Shown in pieces: positions 29,990-45,315 of a stretch of DNA of 64,000 nucleotides (position 1 is its first letter; every line of letters begins with the position of its first letter). Where the stretch lies: assembly GCF_009914755.1 (NCBI RefSeq), contig NC_060926.1; one strand, given 5' to 3'. The DNA is from the human T2T-CHM13v2.0 reference genome, Homo sapiens. The position numbers were made by a program, and so were the translations under genes. The notes beneath the pieces were generated by a model that was not told the DNA's origin, made no database searches, and worked only from the letters and a program-made list of their open reading frames with translations.

Positions 29990-30215
29990 GAATAATAATG
30001 ACATTTTGATGCTATTTATAGTTTGCCAACTGTTTTCATGTACATTAACTTATCTGTCCTCATAAAAACCCAGTGCAGGAAATGAGACAAACCATTTTGC
30101 AGATGAAGAGCCCAAAGCCCAGAAGGGTCAAGGGGTTTGTGCGAACCTCACAGCCGGCACGTGACAAAGTCTGGAAGCACATCTTGGTGGTCCTGCTCCA
30201 GACCCTGAGCGCCAG
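29990..30215 (-). mobile_element. MIR
   Basis: ccattttgcagatgaagagcccaaagcccagaagggtcaagggg. Confidence 0.6.
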
Positions 30216-30354
30216 AGCTCTCTCCCCCATCTCCCCTTGTCACCACAAACAATGGAACCTGTGACCATTGTTCTTCCCAGCAACAAAGGGCTGCTGGCTA
30301 GGTACGGATGATGGCTTTTAGATAAAATATTGTTGATTGATTACTGTGATGGTT

Positions 30355-30665
30355 GTTTTTTTGTTTTGTTTTCTTTGTTTGTTTTTTGAGACAGAGTCTT
30401 GCTCTGTCGCCCAGGCTGGGGTGCAGTGGTGCCATCTTGGCTCACGGCAAGCTCCGCCTCCAGGGTTTACGCCATTCTCCTGCCTCAGCCTCCTGAGTAG
30501 CTGGGACTACAGGCGCCCACCACCAAGCCCGCCTAGTTTTTTGTATTTTTAATAGAAACGGTTTCACCGTGTTAGCCAGGATGGTCTCGATCTCCTGACC
30601 TCGTGATCTGCCTGCCTCAGCCTCCCAAAGTGCTGGGATTACAGGCGTGAGCCACCGCGCCCGGC
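30355..30665 (-). mobile_element. AluY
   Basis: Antisense AluY; TSD ctgtgatggtt (first bases of the MLT2 LTR). Confidence 0.93.
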
Positions 30666-30784
30666 TGTGATGGTTAGTTTTACACTTCAACTTGACTGGG
30701 CTCAGGGATGCCCAGAGAGCTGGTAAAACATGATTTTTGCATGTATCCATGAGGGTGTTTCCCGAAGAGATTAGCATTGAATCA

Positions 30785-31105
<321 letters not shown>

Positions 31106-31163
31106 TCACTCTTACTAATGTGGGTGAAAGTCATCCAATCTTTGAGGCCCCCAATAGAACAAA

Positions 31164-31177
31164 AAGGCAGAGAAGGC

Positions 31178-31218
<41 letters not shown>
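31164..31218 (+). repeat. (CT)n microsatellite
   Basis: ~27 uninterrupted TC units. Confidence 0.97.
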
Positions 31219-31241
<23 letters not shown>

Positions 31242-31425
31242 CTTGAGCTGGGACATCTATTTTCTCCTGCCCTCAGACATCAGACTTCTTGGTTCTCAGG
31301 CCTTCAGACTCAGACTGAATTACTGAATGATACCACCAGTTTTCCTGGCTGCCTAGTTTGCAGATGGCAGGTATGGGACTTCTCAGCTTCCATAATTACA
31401 TGAGGCAATTTACATAGAAATCCTG

Positions 31426-31586
31426 GGTTTTTGTTTATTTGTTTCTTTCTTTTTTTTTTTTTTTTTCCAGAGATAGGGTCTGGCTATGTTGCCTGGGCTG
31501 GTCTGGAGCTCCTGAGCCTAAGTGATCCTCCTGCCTCAGCCTCCCAAATTGCTGGGATTACTGGCATGAGCCATCACACCCAGCCA
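31426..31586 (-). mobile_element. FLAM/Alu monomer
   Basis: T-rich tail then gagatagggtctggctatgttgcc...gagccatcacacccagcc. Confidence 0.85.
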
Positions 31587-32310
31587 GACATCTTTTATAT
31601 ATATCTTGTTTTTCTGCAGAACCCTGACTCACACAATCACCATGTTTTATTTTCCCAGCTAGATTATGACTCCTTAAGGATAGAGAACTTAGTCATTTCA
31701 TATTTACTATTTTCCTATCTGTATCATAGTTTCACATTCTGCTAGAATGAAGCTTTGAGAGGACAAGGTCTTGCCTTGTGGGGGACTTTTCTCTTGTTCA
31801 CAGCCACAGCCTCTGCCCTGATAAGCACATTATCCATATTTACAGAAGGAAATTACTTTTATGTCACAAGGAGAGGTGGCTGCTATAGAGCTTTGGGTAT
31901 AGCAGATGTTCAATAAATGCTTAAGAATAACACAAAGGTAAGCACTGGCTCCTTCTCCAGGAGGGTGACTCTGAAGCAGATGTTCTGGGAAGAAGGTTGC
32001 CCACTGAGGCTGACGAAGGAGCCTAGACACTCAGGAGACAGCTGTGCCCTCATCTGTGCACTCCTTGCACTGACAGAAAAGGCATTTATAAGAACAGACC
32101 TAAAACAAATGGCAGGAACACAAAGGAAGCAAAGCCCAGGGCCCAGGCGTGGAAGCCTCTAAGATGCCACCTTCCCAGGCAGAACCCTTCATTTCACACC
32201 AAGATCCCAGCTCCAGATCCTCCTCTGCTGTGGGATGGGGAGTAGGTGCTGCTCCATCCAGCTGTCCAGAGCTGGGTGTGGGAGAGCAAGCCGAGGCTGT
32301 TAATCAGGTT

Positions 32311-32354
32311 TTAGGACCCAGGGTAGAACCAGCGGCCTGAGCACACCTAGTGAG
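32311..32354 (+). repeat. 44-bp local direct repeat, copy A
   Basis: 40/44 identical to 33384-33427. Confidence 0.9.
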
Positions 32355-32523
32355 TCTGAAGCAAGCCCACCTTGGCATGTGAAGGCATGAGCGCGTAATT
32401 TATGCCAGGCCTGTTGTTGGCTAAATTACCTGAGACATGTCCCTTCCCCTCTGTAAGTTTCCATACCCTAAGGTCATATCAGGAGAAGATATTGAGCTGG
32501 AGGTATGTGCATGGGCAAATTTT

Positions 32524-32658
32524 TGTTTATGGATCAGATGGTTCTTCTTTCTCTCCTCTTACCCCACATAAACTATAGGGAGAGTGAGAAATTAGTTTTC
32601 TCCCTATAGTCTATGTGGGGTAAGAGGAGAGAAAGAAGAACCATCTGATCCATAAACA
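32524..32658. repeat. Near-perfect inverted repeat (60-bp arms, 15-nt spacer)
   Basis: 32524-32583 is the reverse complement of 32599-32658 at 59/60 positions. Confidence 0.97.
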
Positions 32659-32923
32659 CTCACGCCTGAAATGCCTTTCTATAGCAAAAGCATCCACAGC
32701 ACCTTCTTTGGGGTGCTACTCTTAAATAATAAACCCTGGGCCTAGGACAAGGGTGAGCGTGGGTCTGGTGCAGCCAGCAAGCCTCCCTCCATGACCTGGG
32801 ATCATCTGTTTGCAGGGAAGGAAGTCTTGGCCCCACATCGGGGAAGCGGCCAGCTCACTCAAGTAGCTCTGAGCCTGGGCCAGTTGCTAGGAATCTCAAA
32901 TTTCCTCTGCTTTCATAGGTGAC

Positions 32924-33295
32924 TAACATGGTTTGGTTAAGTCTCCACCTAAATCTCATCTTGAATTGTAGTTCCCATAATACCCACATGTCATGGGAGG
33001 GACCCAGTGGGAGGTAATTGAATCATGGGGACGGTTTCCCCCATGCTATTCTCATGACACTGAGTAAGTTCTCACGAGATCTGATGGTTTATAAGGGGCT
33101 TCCCCCTTTGCTGGGCTCTCATTCTTCTCTCTCCTGCTGCCATGTGGAGAAGGATGTGTTTGCTTCCCTTTTTGCCATGACTATAAGTTTGCTGAGGCCT
33201 CCCCAGCCACGTGGAACTGTGAGTCAATTAAACCTCTTTATAAATTACCCAGTCTTGGTTATTTCTTTATAGCAGCATGAGAACGAACTAACACA
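32924..33295 (+). mobile_element. THE1D-like MaLR solo LTR
   Basis: catggtttgg...aaatctcatcttgaattgtagttccc...ggaactgtgagtcaattaaacctc...actaacaca; 5-bp TSD gtgac/gtgat. Confidence 0.9.
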
Positions 33296-33383
33296 GTGAT
33301 TCGTGGCCAAATTCGTCATTTGGACCAGAGATGTGGGGGCTGAAGTAGACCTTGGAGATCACTCAAGGTCAGGAGTTGGTGAG

Positions 33384-33427
33384 TTAGGACCCAGGGTGGA
33401 CCCAGGGTCCTGAGCACACCTAGTGAG
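33384..33427 (+). repeat. 44-bp local direct repeat, copy B
   Basis: ttaggacccagggtggacccagggtcctgagcacacctagtgag. Confidence 0.9.
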
Positions 33428-34049
33428 GGTGGCACCTGCTAGAAATCAGTGGCATGGCTGCAGGAGGAAAGCAGGCTTTCCAAGGGTGAGGCCTAGGGCC
33501 AGGGAGGAAGGAAAAGGTGGGCTGGATGTGAAGTTCCAGGAAAGGACCCCATTCGTCCTTCCCCTTCTGCCCGGACTCCATGCTGGAGATTCGGGCTCCA
33601 TTCACACAACACCTAAAGTCGAACAGACCTTAAGTAGCATCTAACCCTACACTTTCTTTTATAAAAAGTGGAAAGTGAGGTCCCCTGATGTTAAGTGACT
33701 TGTCCAAGTCCTAGCTGTTGGCCAGAGGGAGAGCTGTGAGGAGAACTGGCTTACCAGGCCTGTCTCAGGGCCCTTCCCCTTCCCTACTCTGGCCTGTCAG
33801 GAAACCAGGCACCCAATGTCCAGTGCCACATGGAGCTGGGGGACATCCAGGCCCAGAGGACATGGAGAAGCATGGCAGAGGGGATCAGTTGAGGTCACAG
33901 GCACAAACTTCAGCATCTTGAAGGATGACAAAAGATTGTGGAAAGAGACTGGGAATGGGCAAAGACGGGCAACCTCCGAGAGTTGGTTTCACATCAGGGA
34001 CAACACAAATAATTTGTTCAAGGCCCTGGGATAGTCCTCATCATATGTA

Positions 34050-34385
34050 GTGTGAATATTTGCTTATGCAGATGTTTCTCTCTCTAGCCTGTCAGTTCCT
34101 TGAGGGCAGGAACTGTATTATTTATCTTTAGATTTATGCCACAATCCCTGACTCAGTAAATGTTTGGTACAGGAATGAATGAATACATGAATGAATGAAT
34201 GAATATCAGCAAGGCTTATGGGACAGGACCTCTAAGGTTCTATCCCCAGCTCTGCCACTTACCAGCTATAAACCTAGGACGAAGAACTGCAAACTGGGAG
34301 GAATGACAGTACTCGCTTCACAGGGCCATGTGAAGATTAAGTGGGATCAGGCATCTGAATTGCTCAATAAATATTAGCTGTCTGT
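34050..34385 (+). mobile_element. L2 3' end (to ~34205) followed by MIR
   Basis: ttccttgagggcaggaac...(tgaa)n; then cccagctctgccacttaccagct...gctcaataaatattagct. Confidence 0.7.
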
Positions 34386-34650
34386 ATGACTATTTTCAGG
34401 AAGAAGAGCCAAGGTGAAGTGAAGTTAGATGAGCCTGGAAAATGGGCCACAAGGCAGTGAGAAGCTTAGACTCAGATACGTTATCTCAGTTTCCCTCATC
34501 ACCCCCACTTTCCTCTCCCTCGCCACCATAATTTCTGGAATCCACTCAGTGTCCTATACTTGAAGATCGATGCAACCTTGCCTATATCCTGTCTATGCTG
34601 CCATAGAAATCCTTGCTTTAGAGGATGACATAGGCAATAAGCATCCCTGC

Positions 34651-34960
34651 TTTTTTCTTTTTTTTCTTTTTTAAGAGACAAAGTCTGGCTCTGTCACCTA
34701 GGCTACAATGCAGTGGTGTGATGATAGCTCTCTGCAGCCTGGACTTCCTGTACTCAAGTGATCCTCCCACCTCAGCCTCCTGAGTAGCTGGGACCACAGG
34801 CTTGTGACACCATGCCTGGTTATTTTATTTTATTTTATTTTTTTAAAAAGAGTGTCTCGCTATGTTGCCCAGGCTGGTCTCAAACTCCTGGCCTCAGGTT
34901 ATCCTCCCATTTCAGCCTCTGGAGTAGCTAGGATTACAGGTTTAAGTCACCGCACCCAGC
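34651..34960 (-). mobile_element. AluJ
   Basis: Antisense J-type Alu; TSD tccctgctttt. Confidence 0.9.
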
Positions 34961-35552
34961 TCCCTGCTTTTCTTGATTCTGTAATGGGGCCATTTCCAAA
35001 TCCATGGCACCCAGGAGGAGCAGGTCATCTGGGCCTTGGCCTTCCTGACTCTCAAATCACACAATTTGGATGGGCAGCCACGCCATGCCCCCACTCCTAA
35101 GGACCATCTTGAGCAGGGTGATAGGACAGGCCATAGGCCAGTGAAGGTCAGTCTCCCACTCCTGACCACCTCTCCTCCTAAGCCCGACAAGGTGAGAGAA
35201 GGTACTATGGAGGCAGTATGGGAGGGACTACCCCAGCAGACAGTGGATGCCCCAGACTCAGTGTCAGCCCTCCCAGGCCAGCATCAACTCTGGGTGGAGG
35301 AGAATGAATGCTTGATGAACACCTTTCATTTGACAAGAACTGTGCTAGGCATTTTGTGGAAAGTGAGGCTAAAATGTGGCCTAATATCTGTGGCCCCTCT
35401 TGGTCATTTTCCTTCCCCCCAACCTTTTGGCTTGCTTGGCAAGCTGTAAATCTTCTTCCCAGACTGGCCACCCTCCTGCAGGAGCCAAGTGGCTGGTCCA
35501 AGCAGCGGTAGTAGGAGATCTTGGTTCTGGCCCAGAAGGTGTCCTCGGGGCC

Positions 35553-35860
35553 TTTTTATTTATTTATTTAATTTTTTTTGAGAAGGAGTCTTGCTTTGTT
35601 GCCCAGGCTGAAGTGCAGTAGCATGATCTCAGCTCACTGCAAACTTCACCTCCTGGTTCAAGCGATTCTCCTGTCTGAGCCTCCCAGGTAGCTGGGATTA
35701 TAGGCGTCCACCACCACACCCGGCTAATTTTTGTATTTTTAGTAGGGACAGGGGTTCAGCATGTTTGCCAGGCTGGTCTCGAACTCCTGACCTCAGGCGA
35801 TCCACACACCTTGGCCTCCCAAAGTGCTGGCATTACAGTCATGAGCCACTAACTCCGGCC
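35553..35860 (-). mobile_element. AluSx
   Basis: Antisense Alu; TSD gggcctttt. Confidence 0.92.
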
Positions 35861-36219
35861 ATCAGGGCCTTTTTAAAATCCGTAGTTGAAGAATCTTCCT
35901 GGTCTCTGTTAGCCTCAGAATCAGCAGCTCCCTTCTGGCCATGGTCTGACTCCTGCCTCTCCTGTTCTGCTGCAGCCTGGTTTTCCAGGCTGCCCTGGTT
36001 CTAGGTCCTAGAGCTCTGTGTTTGGTTGTGACTTCAGCCTGAGCCTGAGCCTCTGTCCCCAGCTTCCTGGTCCCAGGAGGCCAACACCATCACTCTGAGT
36101 CCTCCTTGGCTTCAGTCCACAGCCAGACCCCACCTCCACAATCTTATCTTCTGGGTCTGAGTCCTGCTTTCACTCCTGCCCACCATAGTATTCACATCCC
36201 TGTGCCAAGCTCTGTGCTG

Positions 36220-36586
<367 letters not shown>

Positions 36587-36860
36587 TAACTGACCACAGT
36601 ATTTCTACCTTGGTGACCTAGAGATGATCATGAAAATTTGAGGCACCTAAGGGCTGAGTGAAACAATATGGACACCATACAGAAAACTTATGTGCAGATT
36701 CAAAAGGAATTGTTATCAGCAGCTTATATTTAGAGGGAGACACAACCCTGAAAATGGCTCAAAGTTGCTGATAATAGAGATACAGAGGCATTTCAATTCC
36801 TTATCCACCCAACACATAATGACTGAGTGTCTTGTTCCAAATAGGCCACGCCCTGCAGGG

Positions 36861-37085
36861 AGCAGCCTCAAACTCCTAGGCTCAAGGGATCCTCCTACCT
36901 CAGCCTCCCACGTAGCTAGGACTACAGGCACATGCCACCACGCCCAGCTAGTTTTTAAATTTTTTGTACACAGGGAGTCTCGCTCTGTTTCCCACGCTGG
37001 TCTAAAACTCCTGGGCTCAAGTGATCCTCCTGCATTGGCCTCTCAAAATACTGGGATTACAGACATAAGCCACTGCACCAAGCAC
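36861..37085 (-). mobile_element. AluJ, partial (3' end missing)
   Basis: gcagcctcaaactcctaggctcaag...agccactgcacca. Confidence 0.85.
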
Positions 37086-37422
37086 CTCAGCCCCCTTTTT
37101 AAAAAATGTGAGTTCTATCACAATAAAAATTGGCTTAAAAAGAAAAAGAAGTGTATCTTGCTTAAGTCTTGCTTGCTTGCTGCTCCGGGTTGGCAGGGTG
37201 AGCTCTCATGAGGGGCGGGAGGGGATGCAGGAGCCTGTGAACATCAGCTCTGGTGGGCTGGCTGGGGCGAGTAAAGGCAAAGATGGGCAGGCCCCAGAGC
37301 AAGGACCTGGGGTGCAGGTGGGGGCAGTAAAATTAGCCACAGCCGAGCAGAACAGAAAGCAGGCAGAAAGTCACAGCTGTTGAGTAGCAAGTGGCTGCTG
37401 CAAAGAGCACAGGAAAATGAGA

Positions 37423-37461
37423 GGGAGGAGGGGGCGTGGCAGGGCAGCGGGTGGTGAGGGG
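37423..37461 (+). other. G-quadruplex motif (five G-tracts)
   Basis: GGG agga GGGGG cgtggca GGG cagc GGG tggtga GGGG. Confidence 0.45.
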
Positions 37462-38360
37462 AGCCCTCCTGCCTAGGAGCTCCACAGAGGGGATCACACC
37501 TCACAGTACACCCACATGGAGGCAGTGGTTTCACTTTCTGGATGTTGTATCCAAAATGCTGCCCAGGTTCCTCTAAGAGGGACACCAAGGTCCCTCTGAA
37601 CTGGATATACGTAACAAGGACAAGGGGCCAAGGGAAAGCATGATTGTCACCCAGGGTGGCCCCTCTCTGGCCCAGCCCATGCAGGCCTGCTTGCTTGCTT
37701 TCACTGGGTTCCTGGAAGCCTCTGGTGGGTCAAGTGTCAGGTATACCCTAGAAATGCTATGTGGGTCATTTGGGAGGGCAGCTGGTAATGGGGTGTCTTC
37801 ATTTTCTCCCCATAGAAAGGGCCTACACTGGAGGATGTCATCCTAATAGCTAAGCTAGTTAGTCCAATTTTTAAAAAAGTAAAATGATGGCAGCCTCACA
37901 CTCCTTTTTGTTGCCAAGTGTCCTAATTGTTGCAGAGGAACCAACGTGCCCTTCTTCAGTTAATACACAGACATCTTTTTTCCCCTGAAATGGAGTTTAA
38001 TAATCCAAACTTGTTAACTTTTCTGCCAGGCTCTGTCCCTGCAGGGAACAGTGGAGCAGGTGGCAGCAGCCTGGTGAAATGTATATTTGGATTGTCCTTT
38101 TTTAACATATATTTACTAGCAAGTTGCTTGGCCTTTCTGTGTCTCAGTTTCTGTAAAACTAGGGCACTGGGCTAGATCGCATCCCAGATGGTCCCTCAAC
38201 ATCCTTCTGGCTCTGACTATAATCTCAACTCTAGTCATTTTGACATTTAGTACAGTGAATGCTGCAGCAACGTGCTGGTGATCTGGTGATCACATTGGCT
38301 GGTCAATCATGTAGTCATTAGGCACCAACTGTGTGCAGTTCAACATATTAGAGACTTCTT

Positions 38361-38643
<283 letters not shown>

Positions 38644-39709
38644 CTAGAGACTTCTTGAAGAGAAACAGCAATAGCATGGTTTCTTCCCTTGAGGGCCTTA
38701 AGAGAGAACATTCTTGGGAAAATATATGAGAATAGTTATAAGAAAGAAAAATACGGATTAATGAATATATATTAAATCTCTTTGACAAGAAAGATCTCTG
38801 CCACTTCACATGAATGTGAGGAATCCTATTATTATTAAGGAGATTAGGACTGTGAAATTAGGTCACTGTATAATTATGTTTGACATTTCAGCACATAAGC
38901 TGTTGGGCTACTTTGCATATGATATAGCAACACTCGGCCCAGATAGGGCCTTGATACAGCCAGGTATTATTTTTCACTCTGTTATCTTTAAAACAATTTT
39001 TAGGTAAGTTCTTTTTTAATACAGCCTCCCATGATAACATTAAAAAGCAAGTTTTAGAGAAATGAAGACCTAGCTATGACTGTCGTGTTGGTCACCAACA
39101 CATAGCTGTCCTGAATCAAGCCACAGGTTGATCTTACTGGAAAGCTTGGTTGGACTCCTCCCCTGTAAATCACCCACCTGCTGCCCTGAGAGGCTCATAG
39201 GCTCAGGGCTTTGCCAACTCTTCCTAGGGTTAGAGCCTCATGGCCTCAGCCTCCAGGGACAGTGAGTCCCAAACCAAGAAGACCATTACCATGTCTGCTC
39301 TTAGTGAGCTGGGTAGGGGAGCCCTTGATTGACTTGTCCAAGTTACCTATTCGCAACAGCTGCTTCCAAGGACAGGCCTCAGCCAAGGAAAGTGGAAGGG
39401 CACACAGGAGCATGACACCATAGGGACCTATTTTCAGTCATGTTTCCTTACCCTCTACTTTTCTATTTTCTTCTTTGAATGACCTCAGTCCAAGCAACCA
39501 CTACTTTTACAACCACATCTGGTACAAAACATGCAGTTACAATAATCTCAGCTTTCACCAGAAACAACTATCACATGGGTTGGTGCAGAAATAAAAAAAC
39601 TATTTAAAGATCAGTACATGGCAAGGACATATGTCAGCACCCACCAGAAACTGTATATTCAATTGATTTGTTACTCATTTCAAATTTCTTTTCCATCATT
39701 TTCTCCTTA

Positions 39710-40072
<363 letters not shown>

Positions 40073-40109
40073 TCACTAAAGAAATGAAATATAAATTATA
40101 TTCATTTAA

Positions 40110-40446
<337 letters not shown>

Positions 40447-40658
40447 TGTTTTCATTTCTTACTTGATTTCTCATCATGCTCAGCCCTTAAAATGTAAACT
40501 TTCTCACCACATGTACTGTTTTCCTTTCTAGTAAATTTTTTTCAAGTTTCAGAAAAATAAGAGGGGCTAATTATTTTTTAAAGAATTGAACAGAAATAGG
40601 GTTAATTTTTCTCTTCAGATTGAGAATTGCTATATTTTCTTTTAAGGTCTTAAAAATA

Positions 40659-40797
40659 GGCCAGGCATGGTGGCTCATGCCTTTAATTCCAGCACTTTGG
40701 GAGGCTGAGATGGAAGGATTGCTTGAAGCCAGGAATTTGAAACCAACCTGGGCAACAAAGTGAGACCCTATTTCTACCAAAAAAAAAAAAAAAAAAA
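40659..40797 (+). mobile_element. FLAM_C-like monomer
   Basis: Single monomer with poly-A. Confidence 0.85.
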
Positions 40798-40820
40798 GTG
40801 TATACTCACTGTGAGAAAAA

Positions 40821-40868
40821 TACACCCATACACACACACACACACACACACACATACACACACACACA
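40821..40868 (+). repeat. (CA)n microsatellite
   Basis: Interrupted CA run. Confidence 0.95.
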
Positions 40869-40884
40869 GCCTACAGCCTCTCTA

Positions 40885-41050
40885 TGCTGGTGGCACATCA
40901 CAGTCACACAGGAGTTTACAAAAACCCTGAAACCTGGGTCCCATCTCCACAGATTCTGATTTCATTGACCTGGGCGGCTACCTGGGCAGCAATATTGACT
41001 TAAAAGCTGCCTAGGTGATGTAATCATACAGCCAGGGCTGAGAACCACTG
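40885..41050. mobile_element. MER5A/B-like
   Basis: cagattctgatttcattg...ctaggtgatgtaatcatacagccagggctgagaaccactg. Confidence 0.7.
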
Positions 41051-42234
41051 ATCTATAGAAAGGCATGAAGAGGAGAGTGAACATCACCTACACACCCATT
41101 CCCTGGAGATAACTGCTTTTGATTTTTAGTGCAATTAGCCAGAGGAGTCGTAAATGTGGGCTGTGGGGACCAGGTCAAGGAGTGAGGATACTTATAATCC
41201 ATCTCTGGCAGGGAGCACTAACTTAGGTCCACCAGGTTTCCAGTACCAGAGGAGATCATCATCCCTTTGTCCTCCTTCAGAAATCAGGTTCCTATGGTTG
41301 TATGAGACTACCTGTCCCTACCTCCCAGGAGCCCAGAGAGGCCAAAAAAAAAAGCAAACACCCAGGCAGCATTTAAGGTCTGTAAGACAAGACTCCAGGA
41401 AAACCAAAGCAGAGGGTGTGAAAGTGGTTGTGGATACAGAACCGTGGGAAATCCCACAGTGACTCCAGGTCAACAGTGCATTTGCCTCAGCTCACCCAAC
41501 TACCAACAAAGAATGCTTAGTTAGCTAAACAACTTCTCCTGAGGGGTGAATACCGGTTGTATTAAGCAGGATGGGAATTGGAAACACAGTGGTATAATAA
41601 ATGGAAGAGAAGGACTAAACCATCGGAGGAAAAAGAAGGTGTGAGGATTTCAGGATGGACTCAGGCATGGAAGAAGGCAAGACATCCTTGTGCCCCTGAA
41701 TCCCTCACATTGGCAGGAGTTAGCCATCTACTCAAAAAGATGGATCCCTGCAGCTTTTTCACTAAGCAGCATGGTCAGGGTTCACTGGAGTAGTGCTGAT
41801 GACCTAGAGCCTCAGCCAAAGGGGGAGAAATAACTTGAGTCACTTAACACAGTCATTCACCGCACAACCAACCTTATATAATACAAATCTCCTCTAGATG
41901 CCTTTATTCTTTCTCCTATAGCCCCTTGTCAATTCCCATTTTTGTCCCCAGAAATTCACCTCTGGTCCTCAGCTTGTGCCCAGATTGAACCATGCAGTTG
42001 GCCAGCCCACCCATCTTTGAAAGCAGGTCAGTGATGACACGTTTTAATCAAGCACACTTTGAAGTCTCACACCTACACACATACCCAGATTTTCACACAA
42101 AGCATGTTTCTTTCTAGGCAGGATGTGGCAGATATTGTTGCTGCCTGTTTGGCCATCATTCCCCAGACTTCCTGGCCAAAAGAAAAGTCCCCAGGTGCCA
42201 GCAATGAATCATAATTGATTTAACTCAGTCCGTC

Positions 42235-42732
<498 letters not shown>

Positions 42733-44510
42733 TACATCAACAAAGCAATTGCTTTTGCCAGTGATTGGTCTAAGGTTGGCGTCTGGTCCCATTCTGGCCA
42801 ATGAAACATGAAGGAATTCTGCTTGGGAAAGATATTCCTTCTGATCAAAGAGAGATGTGAAGGGAAGTGACCTTTGACCCCTGCCTACTTCTGCTCATGG
42901 TGTCTCATGTGACGAGTTGGTGCTTGGAACTGTGGCCACCATCTTGTTCCCATAAGGGTAGAAGAGAGAAAGGACAGAAGCAGTCCATACCCTGCTGAAA
43001 TCAATGAGCCACTAAACAATTGTAACCAATGCTTGCTTCCAGACTTGTTAAGCATGATAGTAAATGTCAGTATGCCGTAACCCATTACCAGTAGTAAGAT
43101 ATTATGGGCCTTGCAGCCTGAAACTTCCTGATGGATAGATAGGATTTTCATTAATAAGGAATGTGGTCCAAGCATCCCAGAAGACCTGCACCAAGGAAGC
43201 TGTGCTGAAAAGTCAGCCACCACCGCTGCTCACAGACCTCCAATGTCCCACAGTGAAGTGCCAGAATTTGAACACTCATTTCTTGTAAAATAAATGAGGA
43301 TAGCTGTTTCAAGCTGTTTTCAAGTTCAGAGTGTTTTTCTGAGAGTAATTTCCCCAAAATAAAAGTGCTTTTGTTCTTGCTCTCTGAGTGTCTTACCCAG
43401 TGAATCTGGGCCCTGGGCCTGCACACTCACTCAGCAGACCCTGTCCTCAACTCTCCTAACCCCGAGTCTCTCAGCCCATATGGTGTCCACCCCTCACCCC
43501 AGGACCCCTTTCTCTTCCCTATTTCCACTGTGAATGTTCTGGTGTAGAGAGGTTGAGGTACGATGAAAGGCCACACCACATGTCCTGCCACTGATCCTGT
43601 CATGGTCTTCCATAACAAGCCCTGCCCCAGCCATGAACTTATGGAGCAGATATTCAGAGCCCACAGAACAGGAAAAGCAGAGGCGAGGTAGGGAGTGAGC
43701 ATCCAGGCCCAGATGTATCGATAGAACAAGAAGAGTGGGGGACCCAGAGGGGTGAATACAGGGAGGTAGGGGTCCAGGCCAGCCCCTCATTTCACAGACT
43801 TGGACATTGAGGCTCAGAGAGGTCAACGATTACTCAGGTAACAGAGCAAGATGTCAGGGGTCCCAGGAGCAGAGCCCTGTCTCCCAGCCTAGTGTCCTTT
43901 CCACAGCAACTACGGTCCATTTGGTCCTCATCCTGTGCTATGCTGGGATGTCCTGAACCGTCATTTACATCTGCTGTCATTTCACTATTCACCTGTTTAT
44001 AGCTTATCTCCGCAAGCACATTGCAAATTTCTCAAAAGCTGGGATCTTGAGGCACCCGCCTTGTGATCCCTCATAGCACACATAGCCTTCTAGGCACCAA
44101 CAGTTAGTCAACTTGATTTCTAAGCAGCCAACACGGAGAAAAGGCCAGAGGTGATGTCATGGGCTGGTGAAATGTTTGAGGAACACTTGCACTTCCTTCT
44201 GGAAAGGCTACTCCTAGTCATACCGGATCTGTATGTGAGAATAACAGTAATACCCCCAGAACCTGAATCCTCAACTTCTCATCTGATTGGAAATGATACT
44301 CTGTATTTATATAAATATTAGAATCACATAATCCCAGGGCTTGAGGGTTCAAAGATACTCCCTTGAATGTAAGCCAAGAACCCAGTGCCACTCCTTTTAC
44401 CACTCTCGTCCCCACCATCAGAATCTCTCTCCTAAGCAGTTCTTGCTCTGGCTTTCTGTCTGCAGTGGCTGCGGGGATGGGTATATCTAGCACAACAAGA
44501 CAGGCCATGA

Positions 44511-44840
<330 letters not shown>

Positions 44841-45119
44841 AAGGGACACATTTTTAAACAATGCAAATATAGATTATTTTTTGTGCGAGGGTTTGGTGGG
44901 CTGACAGGAGAGGAGGCTGAGCGACCCAAGCTGTGTTCCTGCGGAAAGGACACTGGAGCCATGTTCCCATGAAGTGGGAAGTGACGAGAAAGTTTCTTCT
45001 ATTTCATTTTCGCATCTTAAAATTATGTGATTGGATAAAGAAACCTTGAGGTCTCTCTCCTCGTTCTTTTATGCGAAGACTCTCTAAATTCAGGGAAGGA
45101 ATGAAGAGCAATGATAAAC

Positions 45120-45315
45120 ATGAACGCAAGCCCTGCATTATGTGTTCTGCACGTTTCATCTCACAGCAACACTAAGATGTAGGTAATGTTTGCAATCCCT
45201 ATTTCACACCTGAGGAAGCTGAGACCCAGAGGAATAAAGCACTCAAAGTTATACATCTAGTCAGTGATGAGGGCAGGATTTGAACCCAGGCAGTCTAGAT
45301 GCATTTTGGAGGAGG
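45120..45315 (-). mobile_element. MIR
   Basis: tgaggaagctgagacccagag...ggatttgaacccaggcagtct. Confidence 0.75.

Noticed and set aside
32524-32658. Calling the hairpin a known miRNA or MADE1/Tigger MITE
   Set aside because: I do not recognise the arms as any known mature miRNA or transposon terminus, so it is reported only as an inverted repeat
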